64,000 bases of DNA. Source: Eledone cirrhosa. Taxonomy: Eukaryota. The notes beneath the pieces were generated by a model. The model was given only the letters and a program-made list of their open reading frames with translations. It ran no database searches and was not told the origin of the DNA. Each line of letters opens with the position of its first letter. Position 1 is the stretch's first letter. A program made the translations under genes and the position numbers. The stretch lies in the NCBI GenBank assembly GCA_964016885.1, contig OZ024747.1:28892001-28956000 (forward strand). Reading direction: 5' to 3'. Positions 1-14,253 of this stretch are shown piece after piece.

Positions 1-839
1 ACAGACACACACATATATATAAGAGGGAAAAGGAATGGAAAGGTGCTGATCGTCATTTAAAATGCATTGTCTTTGATATCACTTTATTCCTACTTTTCCA
101 TTGTCTTTCATTTAAACTCACATCTCCTCGGCCCCAGGAGGGTGGGGGCGATTTATATATATATTTATATCAGTAATGGGCAATCACTAAGAAAATCCAT
201 TCTTCCTCACGTGCTGCTGAAATACATCTCATAAATAGATACATAATAAAATTAAAATAACTAGTTAGTTACTATTTCACTGTTTATATGTTTCGTCTGT
301 GGCCATGCTACAGCACCTTATGTAATGATATGTTTATATTCCATTCCTTTTTGTACAAGTGTTCATTATTTCATATTTATTTAAATAGCTTTCAAATTAA
401 TTTTGGAAAAAAAGGAAAAAAACAGTAACAAAAATATTTTGTAATTAAGATTAACTAATATTAACCTCTATTGTAAAAAAGAAAGGCAAAAAGATTTTTT
501 TCAAAAATCGAATTGAAAAAATAAAATTCAATATTATATTAAAAATTTACTTAGTTCTGGAAGTTAACTAACTATTAAGTATAATTAATATTTTCCCCAT
601 CGTTTTAATAAATAATAAAAATCTATGCTGCATTCTTTTGTGGAATTAATTCTTCCTTTCTCTTTCACTCTCTCCAAATAAAATAAGATCCGAGAAATAT
701 AATAATAATTATTAGTATATTTCTTTATTTTAAAACTGATCCCTAAAAAACCACCCACAAAATGTAAATAACGCGGCTATCCTTTAATAAACGCTGAAAG
801 CCCTTTTTTATAGTTCCTTCCATTTACCGAAATATAAAA

Positions 840-1100
840 TATAAAAAGAAAAATAGAATTAAAGAGAGAGTGAAAGAAGGAGAAAAAAGAAATAGGAAAA
901 TAGAGAGAAAAAAGAAATAGGAAAATGGAGAGAAAAAGAGAGAATGAAGAAAGAGAGAAAGAAGAAATAAATAATAGCAAGAGAAAGAGAATGAGAAAAA
1001 AAAAGATAGAGGGAGGAAGAGCGAGAGAGAAAGAAAAAGGGAAAAAAGAGAGAGAGAGATTGAATACATCGGTGAAAAAAGAACAAAAAGTGAAAAAAAA
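840..1100. repeat. Purine-rich (GA/A) low-complexity tract
   Basis: Almost entirely A/G on the + strand. Confidence 0.8.
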
Positions 1101-1155
1101 CTGTTATGAAATTATTTCATTTTCAATTTAGAACAAAAGGTAGCGGCGTTTCACG

Positions 1156-1157
<2 letters not shown>

Positions 1158-1214
<57 letters not shown>

Positions 1215-1269
1215 TAATATATATGTTTGTATATACATATATATGTTTGTATATTTATAGTAAGTATAT

Positions 1270-1306
<37 letters not shown>
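1158..1306. repeat. (TA)n/(TG)n compound microsatellite
   Basis: Read directly from the sequence. Confidence 0.9.
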
Positions 1307-1857
1307 GTGTCGGTCACTAGTATAAAGTTATAGTAAGAAACAATCAACCAACACTTTCATTAAATAAGTTTATGTAGAATTAATTCTATACGGAATTTAA
1401 TATAAAACATATGTAAACACATTTGTATATATTTCTATTTCTATGTGTAGTTGTTTTCTTTCCGTTCCACACTTTAATTATTCTTTCTTTAATAAGACCG
1501 AACGGTTATTTATAGCAATTATATAAATTAACTATAAGATAATCTAAAGATCTCAATTTAAGGACCAAATTCACATTTAAGTGCTTTCATGACGTACATT
1601 GATGATAATAATATTAATAAAAAAAACATGAAGACAAATTTATTCATAGCCCATCCCATATCCTTTCTTTGGTTCGTTTTTCTTTTTATACATCATCAAT
1701 TTCCTTACGAATGTTGCTATCCAAGAAAACCGAATATTTCGAGAAGAACGTAAAGCCCCTTAATAAAGGCAAGCACTTAGGCCAGGCTAATTGTGTGTGT
1801 GTCGTATGTCACAACCATGAGGCGTTGAACACGATTGTGCTTCTTTACCCAGAATCC

Positions 1858-1966
1858 TCAGTATCAGTGGCTACCCACAACTGAAGCCGAAGCGGCCTTT
1901 ACATCTGTGGAGCTTCTCGCTTTGGTTAGCTCCTGCTTTTGTCGCCAGAGTACGTCCACGGTAAGT
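1858..1966 (+). promoter_or_regulatory. Possible TSS and short non-coding first exon with splice donor
   Basis: Two TCAGT initiator-like motifs (1858, 1864), a locally GC/CpG-richer stretch, and a consensus donor ACG|GTAAGT at 1960/1961. Confidence 0.3.
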
Positions 1967-4900
1967 GCGCCGAAACCTTCTTCTCTAGCATCGTGCGTTT
2001 TTCTGTCTGCGTTCAATCATTGTTTCAATGTATCTTCTTGTTTATAGAGTAAACTGTTAGTTGTTTATGTTATTTTCATTATTAGCTATGTGGTTGAGTG
2101 GAAGCGAGGGTCACCCTTCGTCCTCACCATGACCATTGTCGAGTCGACGCCGCCGCCGCCACTATCACTTACGCCGCCGCACACATACCACATTCTCTTT
2201 CTTTGAGACATGCTAAAATGAGGGCAACACACTTAACGCTTTTTCTTACATGCTGTTTAATTGAAATATATGTATATTCTCCTTTCATTATCGTTTATTT
2301 TTCTCTTCCTTTCATTACTTATCTGCTCGGAACTGAAATCTCTTGCACTATTCTGTAAAAGATTTTAGAGCGTGCCATGATAAGCAACCAGCTAAAGGTG
2401 CTACCACCTTAGGCGGATATAAATATATATATTATTATTATTATTCGGCATTGAAACAGGGCAGTTAGCTTAGTCATATTTTCTTTTCACGAATATTTTA
2501 TTTTCTGTTGGCTTACTTCTGTTCGTTGCTAATTTTTTCCTCTAAACTCATTAACCTTTTAATGAAGTTAAGATCAAACCAAAGAAACACACAAAACCAA
2601 TCCTCCCATCACACAAACATTTCTCTCAATATATTCACACAACAAACCTTGTATATATTATTACACACATGGACTGGAAAAATATCTTTTCCGAGTGCCA
2701 ACTAACCTATGTTAACACTTTGCTCTCGATATAACAGACGTTTATTTAACCGAAGGTTTTAGCATATTTCCTACTTTTTTAAAATCCAAGTATTTTGCCC
2801 TTACTATATATATATATATATATAGTATGTGTGTGTGTGTGTATATAATTGTCCCGTGTGGACAGGGAGAAGTGGAATAAAATTTCCCTAACAAAAGCCA
2901 GTAATTGGCATGTGAGGAGAGATGGTTGACGACCAACTGGATGTTTTGTGAACAATAAAAGCAGCACAAAATGCTGTGTGTTGGCAACATAGACCCACAC
3001 TTAAGCAGGTTGTTTGCCTACCAACATTTTATATTGGAGTAGATCAAGGGGTCTATTTTTTTAGTGATGATTTATTAGTCAGGAATGAGGAAAGTGACCG
3101 TTTTATCATTATATTCACTTTATTTCTTTGAGGGGAAAACGGGATGTATTTTAGCGAGGTTGGTCGGGGAAAAAACAGCTTGCAATATTGTCGTTGGGAC
3201 CAAGTGAAGGACTGGATATACAATAGAATATTTTCTTGTTCGCATTCATTTTTCTCGCTTAGGATTATGATTGCATTGTTTTTATTTAGGAATTACAGTT
3301 ATACATACGAGTGTGTATAAATATTATACACACGTATGTATATAATATATAAAGGTACCTAGTAAACGAACCACAAAGCCGCTTCACCAGAAGGTTCCAC
3401 ACCCCATCACCAGGCCGAGCATGCGCATTACATCTGCTTATCTCTCTCTTCGGTCAAGCCTTTACTCTTTCTGTCTCTTTTCACCTCGCTAACAATCTAG
3501 TTATCTCTCTCTATTCTACCAATGTCTCTCCTCCTCTCTCAGTGTAGCGTCTCTCTGTATTCCTTTCTCTATATCCCCCTTCTTTCTATATATTGATGTC
3601 TCTAACTTTCTATACCAGACCGTGTATATTAATACAAATATATGTATTGTTTATCACTTATTAGCTGTAAATAAACAACATAAACCACCTGTCAGTAATT
3701 GAAACCCTATATCAGCTATTTTAGTTACGAAGTATATACATAACATTCACAATTGCTGTTTCCTTCTCTCCTTCTAATTGCCCTTAATAATACTCATTAA
3801 GATCTTTCTGGGGGTGGGAGCACAATCAACATCCCATTTCATGTTATACCACCTTACCATATGTCAACTGACTAAAAAGGAAGAAAAATATATAAAGTCT
3901 ATATTGAATTATATTCCACAAAAACATGTCTTTAAAAATTAATTGCAGGTTTTTCGTTTGTGTTGTAAAAATCGTCTGGATAGATGCTAACCCCTTGAGG
4001 CCATTGGAGCCGTTTCACTTACCCTAGTTTATTTTTAGAGTTGCTAAAAAAACCGTTAATTCTTTTCACTAGAAATTCACAGAAGGAAAAAATCCTCCAG
4101 CAAAATAAACATACTAAGATAATCTTTCTTTCTTTATACTGCCATTAAACCCTTTTATCTGTAGGTTTCTGTTGGGTTTAGTAAGAATTTGATGGAAATT
4201 AGTGATAAAGAAAACAAATAACGATTTCATAAAATATATGAACGTTTTTGTTTTTTTTGCAGTAGAGAAAAATGGAAGTGCTAAGTGGCATATGGGCTAT
4301 TTTTGTGCGCGAAACTTTTCTCTAGCAGGTGTTCCTCTCCTGTATATCCCACTACAGTGCTTTGTTTAACATTCTCTGTAACCTCCTCCCAACGAAAATA
4401 TATTTTTGGCTTTTTATTTATTATATGAGTGAATGAATTGAGCAAATTACATTTGCTTGTAATTGCCGAACATGTGATAAAAGAGACCTTCTAGTTAACC
4501 GGCTAGATAGAGAGGAGGTTGATAACTCTCTTGGACTGATTTCCCTGCTACTACAGTATCATTTTAATTCGCTCACATCCGTTTTCATTCTGTTTCTCCT
4601 GCCTATTCGCCCTTCATCCTCACATCCGCCAACTTTCTCTAATTAAGTAAAAAAAAAAGTAAAATAAATAAATAGAATATAGTAGCAAGAGTTGGTCGGT
4701 CCTTCGTGTTTCAACTCCATTTCTTTATGCATGAAGTACTCCCACCACCACGTGTGTTCCATAAAACTAGAAAGAATTCTGTCCCTGCTCTATCGTTTTT
4801 GTATCGATTTTACAACGCTCTCTCTCTCTCTCGTCCCTTACCTTTCTCTCTTAGTTCGCAGCCTCACACATGAATTCACAAATGTCAGCAGGCAGCCGAT

Positions 4901-6689
4901 GCCAGGATTTACTTTATCTCTTTCCTCCTCTTTCCTTCTCCTCCATCGCCGGCAAAGCAATAGACAGTGTTGCTGATATTATTGAGGGCGCCCTCCACGG
5001 ATAAACACTTTATACAACAACCACTATCTTTTCTTGCTCTACATTATAAAGAAGGTGAATTCTAATTTTGGTTACTGCTATCCTACTTTAATATATATCT
5101 AAATTTATATAAAATATGGGGAATAAATAATAGAGAGGAAAATGTCATATTGAAAGTTTCTGCATATTGTTATTGCCCCCTCCGTCTGTTTTTACTTCCA
5201 TTAACACACAGCTATACGTTCACACACATACATCTAATCTCTGTTCTCTCTTCTCCTCTTCTCTCGGTGTAAGGAGGTCGGATTATATACGCCAGCAACC
5301 TTCTGGCTGCTTTCGATTTCCACACGCTGTTTTCTTCGTTGTAACCAGCCTGCTCCTCTGCATGACTCATGTCTAGGAAAAAGAAGCCTGGTCACAACTA
5401 GAGGGAAGGCGAGCAGCAGACAGAGACTTGAGGACCCTGACTCATGTATCTAGTTGCGGTAGGCAGACGGACTAAGCGACTAGGTCAGAGAAAGAGAGAG
5501 ACAGAAAAACCTTTTCTCTCATTTCAATGTGCTCCTCCTACTTCGCAATTTTTTTTTTTTACCTTTTCGTTATTTTCCCCTTGCATTCATTATTCACCTC
5601 TCCCTACTTAAAATTGAAAAGCTTGTATGAAATGAGGGCCATGTCTAAGGTAACATTTAATAGCGGCGAGGAAGAAGGAGAACAAAACACCTCCATGAAC
5701 GCATGGTGGCCAAAGACCTTCCCTCCTCAACCACGTTACAAATTGCTGTGGGCGAAATAAATGTAAGGCCTATGACCATTATGTTATGATGAGACGAGAA
5801 ACAACAGACAAGAACACCCTTTGTTAAAGCGAGAAGAGAGGCAAGCAGCAGAAAATGAGAGTATTACAGTGGATCTGTCACGGGACCCGTAATCTCTTGT
5901 AGCTAGGACACAGATGTTGCTAAAAATATTCCTCTCCTTCGCACACACACAGGCTTTATACTATGGCCTTTATGAAATATTCTCTGACCGACATTGAATG
6001 AAGATGGTTGGAAATAAAACATCTTTTTGTGAGGGCCTAACAATTGAGTGGAGGAAGTTTTTTTTCCTTTTGCGTTATAGGAGAGAAGTTTTTTAATGGA
6101 GATGAGAGAAATGAGGTGTGATGGTGGTGGTGCTGTTGGTGCTTTACTAAAAAAACTGAAGATATTTTACTCATCTTTAATTAAAGGACGGCAAATGTCA
6201 AGCATTTCTTTCATCAATACCTTCTTTCTCACTAAAAATAGTTATATAAATCAACATTATTTTAAGAATTAGTGTTCTTAAGCTGTATTTTGTGTTTGAA
6301 AGAGAGAGAGCAACATCCATCCATGGACGGGTGTAATTTATAGAACCTCACATTAATCAATAAACAAATGAAGGCCACAGTCTCATTTCTTCCATAATAA
6401 ATCTCTGGCCTTGTGCCTATGTAATCAGTCATTCTTCTTTTATCCCTATTTATTATTTTCAGACATATAATCTCAACTCCCGTCACTTCAGTAAGTCTTG
6501 ACTTTCTAAACTGATATTTAATTTTTTTAATCAACAATAATACGATTTTATATTTATTTGGTAAGAGTTTGGTTTTTAGTTGGTTGTCTCAATATTTCTT
6601 GTAGAATATTGACTGAAACTAGTTTATTATTGCAACTAAAGCTGTTTTAGTATCTATGCACTGAACCTCATATCGGGAGCCTCTACATG

Positions 6690-7205
6690 GCCGTTCAGCC
6701 TGCTAGAAATAACAGCTAAACCTCCTTGATCTCCAACCCTAGAAAAACCTCAAATGTGGAATAGTTAGTAGGATTGCCTTCGATCATTAGTCTACTTGAT
6801 CAGTGCTGACCCGGCATTAAACAAACCTTATGTATACAATCTAATGTGTTTGCACGGCGTGCTAGAAACAGCAGTTAAATTTCTCCCATCACACCATCCA
6901 TCTTTGAAATGAAAAGGGAAAACACATTGGATAATGTAGTCCTAGATATACTTTGTTTGAATAAGAGATATGATAGTTATGACTGGAACCCCTTTTCAAC
7001 ATAAGTCTGTTTGATCAGGGATAACATGGAGCTACACGAACCAACAAGGAAACTTCTAAGCGATCGCTGGATCTGCTGGTAATAACAGTTAAATCTCCCG
7101 GAAATTTTACCGTAACCCTTGGTGTATAATAAGACGAGATGGTCATAGCTAGAAAGTCTTGATAATGTCTGCTCGATGAAGTTTGACCTGGGACTAAACT
7201 ATCTG
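6690..7205 (+). repeat. Three degenerate tandem copies of a ~160-210 bp dispersed repeat
   Basis: TGCTAGAAATAACAGC/TTAAA-like motif near 6700, 6860 and 7074, each followed by a TCTRYTYGATSA-like motif. Related motifs near 37127, 60890 (reverse) and 63470. Confidence 0.55.
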
Positions 7206-7688
7206 ATATATAAAAATATAATTCATCTCTATGAGAATAGCTTTTACATGTATATTTTTCCTAAAGGCACATAAAACAACACCAGCAATGGTAATGTAAT
7301 CATAGCAATTATTGCTAACCTTCAATTTATTTGACAAAACTTAGGAAAAATATGACAACTTTTCTTAAACATTCAAATGATTGTGGAAATGGGGAATATA
7401 TTTTTGTATCAAATGTTTCTGTGTACCTAGATGAACAAGTGTAAAAATAATTTATTGAAAATATACTAAAAATTATCCATTCAACAACCTGAGATGCTTT
7501 AACTATGATGTGGTATTTCTTTTTATAGGGATTAATAACCAAAACTTCAGGTCAACACCTATTAGTCTCGCTCTCTCAACCCCCTCTCTCATCTCTTATC
7601 CATTGGTTTCAGACCTGTTTCAATTCATTCATTAAGATCAGGTTTGGTAAATAAACTATAGTTGTAGGTTTAATGAACACATTATATA

Positions 7689-7699
7689 TGGAACTTCTC

Positions 7700-7755
<56 letters not shown>

Positions 7756-7766
7756 GAGAAGTTCCA
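7689..7766. repeat. Perfect palindrome centred on (TA)25
   Basis: TGGAACTTCTCAAC-(TA)n-GTTGAGAAGTTCCA. Confidence 0.9.
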
Positions 7767-9074
7767 GTTTAATGGTTCATATTTAATCACATGTATTGGT
7801 TTTAGCCCTATTTTTTAGGGGTGGGGGTTATACGATATAGTTGTCTGTATGTAATCTTCCATTACCGTATGGAGAGGCAGCCACTGTATACGACACTGCA
7901 TGATAAAGTAGAAATAAAAGCTAACAAAACAATCGCCTGCCAAAAGATTCTGTCTCCGTGTGGCTGCAGCATCCCTCTTTCTATTAGAGAGGCTGATCCT
8001 GTCCCTAATCTTCTCACCACTCTCTATCTTTCGCTGTATATGTGTGCACACACACACACACATATAGATCGCTCTTTCCTATTAGAAAGAGAGGCTGTTT
8101 TTATCCCTCATCCTCTCACCACTTTGTATCTCTGTGACCATTGTGTCAATCACATGTGATTTCCATAAACAAATCCATTTTCTTCACCCATTTTTCTTGA
8201 GTGCTGCTTCTGTGATATAACACAAGATGATACCTTTTGTGTGTTGGAAGCAAGATTTCTTTCAATGTCGACTGCTCACTATTTCATTTTATTACTGTTT
8301 TTGTTGTTTTTTTTCATTCTGCAAAGAATGTATACACACTAATCAAATATTTTCTTGATTTATTTTTTTATTACTTTCTTTGAAAAATGTTATATTTTCA
8401 AATGGAAGAAAATTTCTTACTGGTATATTTACCAGCTCATCTGCTCAGTTTGGATAGGATATAGTACTGCTACATTATTTAATTTTATCTCTCTTTGAGG
8501 TTCAGAGTTTCAGCCTAGCCATGGTTAAACCTTTCAAACATTCAGTCAATAAATAAAATAACTAAGAAACTAGAACCAAGATTCAGTGACTAAAATCTTC
8601 CCCTCTCCTCTGCTAAGAAATTGGCCTTGTCCCTGACTAAGCAATCAATAATGTGCATCGTGTATGAAAATAAAATATTTATTTATTTCCTCCTTCATGG
8701 GAACAAGCCCTCAAATGATGGAGAAGGGACTAAAGAAGTCTATGTGGCAACACGTTCCCCAAAGGCATTAGCAATGATGGTGATGTTAATAAAGGAGAAT
8801 AGCTCCAACGAAGAATGGAAATGGGGTCACAGATTCAGCATAGTGAGTAGGATCTTCACTATGTACGGAAATAAATTATTGATTTTTTTTCTTAGGCATA
8901 AAACTAAACCAAGAATTTATACTAGAGGGGATAAGATAGTGTGATGACATTCATGCATTTTCAGAGAACAAGTAATTTATATGAAATGTAATAACTAGCT
9001 CTAACTGGGTTGTTCACTCAGCTCAAGTTTAGCATGTGTGAATATAAAACATTGCTTTCTCATATTGCTTTGGG

Positions 9075-9220
9075 ACACAGCATAGCAAAATGGCTAAGGA
9101 GTTTGCTTCACAATCATAGGATCCCAAGTCTGAACCCTCTGCATGTCATCTTGGGCAAGTGTCATTTATCATAGCTTTGTGAGCAAAATTTGGTAGACAG
9201 AAACTGCTTAGAAGCCCGTA
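9075..9220 (+). mobile_element. Old tRNA-derived SINE remnant
   Basis: Degenerate A/B boxes followed by TCTTGGGCAAGTGTC (CORE-like motif). Confidence 0.5.
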
Positions 9221-9584
9221 CTTATATTTCAAAAGGACAGCCTTGTTAAACACTGTCACCAGATCTCTCTGAGATTATATTAAAGGTACATGTGTCTGTG
9301 GAATGTTCAGTCATGTCCATGTTAATTTCATAGGCAGGATGTTTCATTGATTGAGCAACTGGAACAGTCTTCATTGAAACAGATGAAGATCCATTCCACA
9401 GCACCAGAAGTATGTGTAGTGATGGACTGTAGTAAATAGATTGATACCTAATAAATATAAAATACAATACTTTACCCTAGACTTTTGTTAACTTTGCTGA
9501 GATGCAAAACAAGACCTGGTAGGGATTTTCGAGTAGAACATTTTTTTCTAAGCATATATATGTATGTGTGTGTATATATGTATA

Positions 9585-9742
9585 TAGAACAAGGAAAATG
9601 TGAAGTTCAGCGTAGATGTTTAAAAGTCCTTTATGCGATGGTTCTATCACGTAGCCATGATTGCCATTGAAATATGTATCACAGCTTTGTTAATAAAGGA
9701 CTTTTAAACATCTACGCTGAACTTCACATTTTCCTTATTCTA
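9585..9742. mobile_element. Fold-back/MITE-like element with 50-bp inverted repeats
   Basis: 9585-9634 is the reverse complement of 9693-9742 with one mismatch; TA-rich flanks. Confidence 0.7.
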
Positions 9743-9914
9743 CATATACTCCGTTATTGACTGACAAATTATATTTGGAAGAAGATACACAACATTGAGT
9801 GCTTGTATCAAATTTCATCATTGTTCACTGATTGGTGTGTTGCATATACCACCCTGATTAGTCAACATGTTTACCCGTAAGTATATATGTATATATATTA
9901 GCTGTGCATATATA

Positions 9915-10330
9915 TCAACACCACAGTTAGACGTGACCTATCAACACCACTGTTTGATACCACCTACCAACCACACTGTTAGACACCACCAACACCACAG
10001 TTAAATGCTACTAATATCAGTTAGACATCACCTATCAGCACCACAGTTAGACCACCTACCCCCAGACTGTTAGACACCACCCACCTTACACACAGCATCC
10101 ATCTCACTGCTAGACACTATCTACCAATTCCACTATTAGACACATTCCATCTTACCCACCGCACAGTTAGATACCACCTACTAACATTACTGTTAGACAC
10201 CACACACACCACAGTGAGACACCATCCATCCCACAAGTAGACACTACCCATCCCACTATTAGACACCACCAAACTACAGGAACTCACCTGCCAATTAGTT
10301 ATGACCTACCTGTGCTTTTCAGCACCCCAT
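9915..10330. repeat. Degenerate minisatellite (ACCACAGTTAGACACC-like)
   Basis: GTTAGACACCAC-like units recur about every 20-30 bp. Confidence 0.75.
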
Positions 10331-10911
10331 CTACCTTTTTACTTAAACCAGATCCATTGCACCTGTCTTTCTTCTTTCTGTCATAAGCTCCCTCCCCTCC
10401 TTCCTCTGTTCAACACATTTATCCCTGTCTTCTTAAAGCTTCTTCTGCCCCCACTCCCACCTCACTTATATGCTACAACTAATTTTTACCCTCTTTCTTC
10501 ACACTAATCTATCACAATTCTAACTGAACAATAACTACACACTGATGGTTTCTCGCTATCACACACTGATGGGGTGGAATCCCACTTATCATATATATGT
10601 ACACACACACATCTTGCTTGGGTGGGCTTAAATAGTCTGTAGACAATGAATCTTCTTTGAATATAATTATAGACAGTCATTGCTGTGTGATTTGTGATTA
10701 AAATGTTTTCTATAACCATGTGGTTTCTCCCCATGTATGTGTGTGTGTGTATATATATATATATTTATTTATATACATACATACAAGTATATATATAAGT
10801 GATAGGCGAAACTCCAGAGTAACAAGATTCACTATTCAGCCATAATAAAATGAATATTAAAACTCTACTTTGGGATTGAGTACTCCCTTCTCTTGGCCAT
10901 CAACCATATAC

Positions 10912-10948
<37 letters not shown>

Positions 10949-10959
10949 TATATATGTCC

Positions 10960-12070
10960 ATTAGAGATGTTGAAAAATTCGGGTGAAGTAGGAGTTGAAT
11001 TAGTCATCTGCATTGTGAATTAGGTAACACTGGATGGGATCACACGATTGATATAGCAGTATACTCATTAATTGTTACAAGGGAAAAGACAAATCACTAG
11101 AAAGAAGCAACTCGGGCATAAAACTGATTGATCTAGTTATGAAAATATTGGAAAAGGTAGATGATATGCCATTTGGCTTTATGGCAGGGAATAGCCCCAC
11201 AGATGTCCTCTTAGTGAGATAATTACAAGAGAAGTTCTTTCTTAAGTGTTAGCAACTATACCTAGCTGTTGTGGTCTTAGAGAATGCCTTCAATAGAGTA
11301 CCACGATCTGTCATCTGGTGGTCTCTAAGGGTACTAGGCATATACGGAATGGCTTGTGAGAGTAGTGGAAGCCATTTACAGTGGAGCTATCACTAAAGTG
11401 AGAGTAGGTAAGGGGTTTAGTGAGGAATTCAATGTGTAGACGGGTGTCCATCTGGGATCAGCCCTCACTCCACTCCTGTTTATTAGTTTTCTAGGCCATA
11501 ACAAGAATTTAAGTTTGGCTGTCCATGGGAACTTCTATATACTGATAACTGGCGAAGAGCTAGAAAAGAAATTCCAGGTTTGGAAACAGAAATTAGAATC
11601 AAGAGTTTGAGTAAACTGAAGTTTTAGTGAGTGCGAAAGGAGATGAAATCCCAATCCCTTTCTGAGTAGGTAGAAATTCTATATGATGGACACAATGATG
11701 CCTGTGTGCAATGCATGCTGAGATACTGTTCCATGGTAGGGAAACATGAGCAGTGAATATAGAGGATATGTGAAGGCTTGAGAGAAATGAAGCAAGCTTG
11801 CTTTAGTGGATGTGCAATATTAATATATGGGAGAAAAAGCTGTGTATATGAGGAATCAGACTATGCTGGTATGAAAATGTGATGTGCATAGATGATGATC
11901 GTTTGCTGAAGAAGTACCAAAATATCCCAGTGGAAGGAAGTTGCAGCAGAAGGAGACCAAAGAAGACCTGAATAGAAGTTGTGAGAGCTGATCTTAAATC
12001 ACTGAAGATGACGAAGGACTTCTATAGGTAGAAGGATGTTGCATTGGAAAAATCTCACCCAACCCATGTA
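10960..12070 (+). pseudogene. Heavily decayed RTE-type LINE RT fragment, closest to family C
   Basis: Collinear similarity to about 52880-54440 (e.g. CGATCTGTCATCTGGTGGTCTCTAAGG, GGCTGTCCATGGGAACTTCT); many stops and deletions. Confidence 0.8.
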
Positions 12071-12138
12071 CGTATATATATATATATGTATGTAAAAGGT
12101 AAACAAAAATAACACAATCAGTACAGTATAAGGAAGGT

Positions 12139-12820
12139 ATCTATCTATCCAGGGCAGGTAAAATTCCCGAGATCCATGGACGAGTTCTCTCCAGCGGTCT
12201 CTGTCCCTCATTATCGCTGCCATGTCCTGAGTCTCCAAGAGATCGGTGTCTGTCCTTAGAGCATCAACATATGTCAACCTCAGTCTTCCTCTTCCAGTGA
12301 GTGCAGTGTCAACTCGGATGTCGGTGAGCTTGTCCAGCTAACCTCAATCTCCTCTGCTACTCTCGAGCTGACTTTTGGGAGGCTCCCATACAGCTCTGAG
12401 TTCTTCATCTTCAGTGTGTACTGATTAATGTTCAGAGCCATCCTCAGCATTCTCGTGTAGCACCCATCCACCATCTGAGTGAGTTTCTTGGTCAGTGTGC
12501 AAGTATCAGACCCGTACAGCAGCAAAGAGACGGATCTTCAGGTCTTTACGAAGGTCTGACTTACACACCGATCTCAAGCTGTGGCACGCCGCCCAGGCTT
12601 TGCTCTTCCTCTCGACCACATCATCTTCTGTATTCCCAATCTTTGCTCCCAAATACAGAAAGTCCTCAACCAATTGTAGCGGCTTGCCGCCTACATTAGT
12701 AATCTTCTCTGGCTTCTTAATATTCTCTACCAGATATTTCGTCGTAATCTCATTCATTCTCAGCCCCACACTCATCGGCACAGTCTACACCTTCTGCATC
12801 AAATCCTCTGCCTCCTTCAC
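12139..12820 (-). mobile_element. RTE-like LINE family D, 3' fragment (decayed)
   Basis: Closely matches 16650-17380; ORF pieces [15 protein letters not shown] and RDRDRWREL; (TAGA)n tail. Confidence 0.9.
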
Positions 12821-12829
12821 TGTGTCATA

Positions 12830-14253
12830 TTATTAGTAACCTTAGTATACACGCAAATATCATCACTTAATTTTTTTTCAATTTTTTTTTACATAAGTCG
12901 ACTTGCCACATTATTTTTTTGTATTTTCATATATATAGCATACCAAGTCAGCATTTTAATATATTTTTTAGTACTATCATGGCTGTCATTTCAAGCGAAA
13001 AACATGCAAATAACCTCCTTCTTCATGAGGAAGGCTATTCCCAGTGCCAAATATCTGTACAATTGGGTGTATCTAAGAGTGGTGTTCAAAATCACTTGCC
13101 CATAATATAACAATAGGCACACTTAACCCAAACAAGTAGCATGGAAGATAAGTGTTCAAACAGACCACATGATACGCTGACTTGCAGTGTCAATCCAACT
13201 GCTTCCAGGTCGTATATCCAATCCCAACTTCCTCAGGACACAAAACATATCATCTTCTATAATCTGAAGAACTTTAATCTTCAGGGTTTTAAGCCAGCTG
13301 CCAAGCTTCAACTTTCAAATAAAAGCATCAAGGACTGTCTGTTTTTCTGCGACACTTATCACTGGATTGCTGCTCAATGGGGTGAGGTAATGTTTAGTGA
13401 TGAAACATTAATTAGACAATATGCTCCTTAGAATCACCATGTAAGAAGACCACCTGGACAGTGTTTTAATTCTCGTGATGTCAAACCAATAGTTAAACAT
13501 TCACAATAATTTATGGTCTGGAGATCAATAAGCATAAAGGATCGTTCCTGCACTGACCATAATTCTAGCAGGAAAGACTAAATGCAAAACATGTATTTGG
13601 AAATCATAGAAAAGGTCCCATTATGGATAGAGAGGCATGTTGATGGAAGCTGCAGAGTGGGGAGACCCAAGAAGACCTGGGATGAGGTGATAAAAGCTGA
13701 CCTTACCCAATTGCACCTATCAAAGGCGATGCCACAAGACCATGACCTTTAGCGTCACGCAGTAATACAGAAGACCTGACTTCCCACGGGTACAAGCCGA
13801 AGCTGAAGCATATAGACAATATGCCCCCACCTCCTCCCACTGCAAAGTGGTCGTGGAGGTGTCACGGCAAAAAAGCACCCCAGCACTCACTGTAAATGAG
13901 CTTGGTGTTAAGAAGGGCATCCAGCTGTAGAAATCAAGCCAGAATCCGTTCCCGTATGAGAAAGACAAGGTCAGCCGACCGGACGCTGCCCACAACAGGG
14001 CAACCCGTCTAAGCCATGCTAGCGTGGAAGAACGGACCTAAAACGGTGATGATGATGATTGTGCCTCCTTGGTGGAATCAATGCCTTGCAGTAATTGCTG
14101 CTAAAGGTTATCAAAGTACTAATCTGGAATAGACAATTTGCTTTGTGTTGTATGTTTGTAATATACTATTTTCATCTCATAATTGTACTTTGTTCAATAT
14201 TAATCTAACCTAATAAAATTATTGGGGTGATCTCTGAATTATGCACAACACTG
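12830..14253 (+). mobile_element. Tc1/mariner transposon relic interrupted by an RTE fragment
   Basis: HTH-like GYSQCQISVQLGVSKSGV, WGEVMFSDET, FMVW, C-terminal LVESMP...AVIAAKG. Right end ...TTATGCACAACACTG followed by TA at 14254. Left TIR not found. Confidence 0.8.
13638..14059 (+). mobile_element. RTE family B-like 3' end inserted in the Tc1 relic
   Basis: GRPKKTWDEVIKADL plus a 3' UTR similar to 58600-59060 and a (GAT)n tail. Confidence 0.85.

Noticed and set aside
777-1131. Phe/Ser/Leu-rich and Lys/Glu/Arg-rich ORFs
   Set aside because: Products of a purine-rich low-complexity tract.
3337-3745. Solo LTR (TG...CA with AATAAA)
   Set aside because: No second copy, PBS or convincing TSD in the window.
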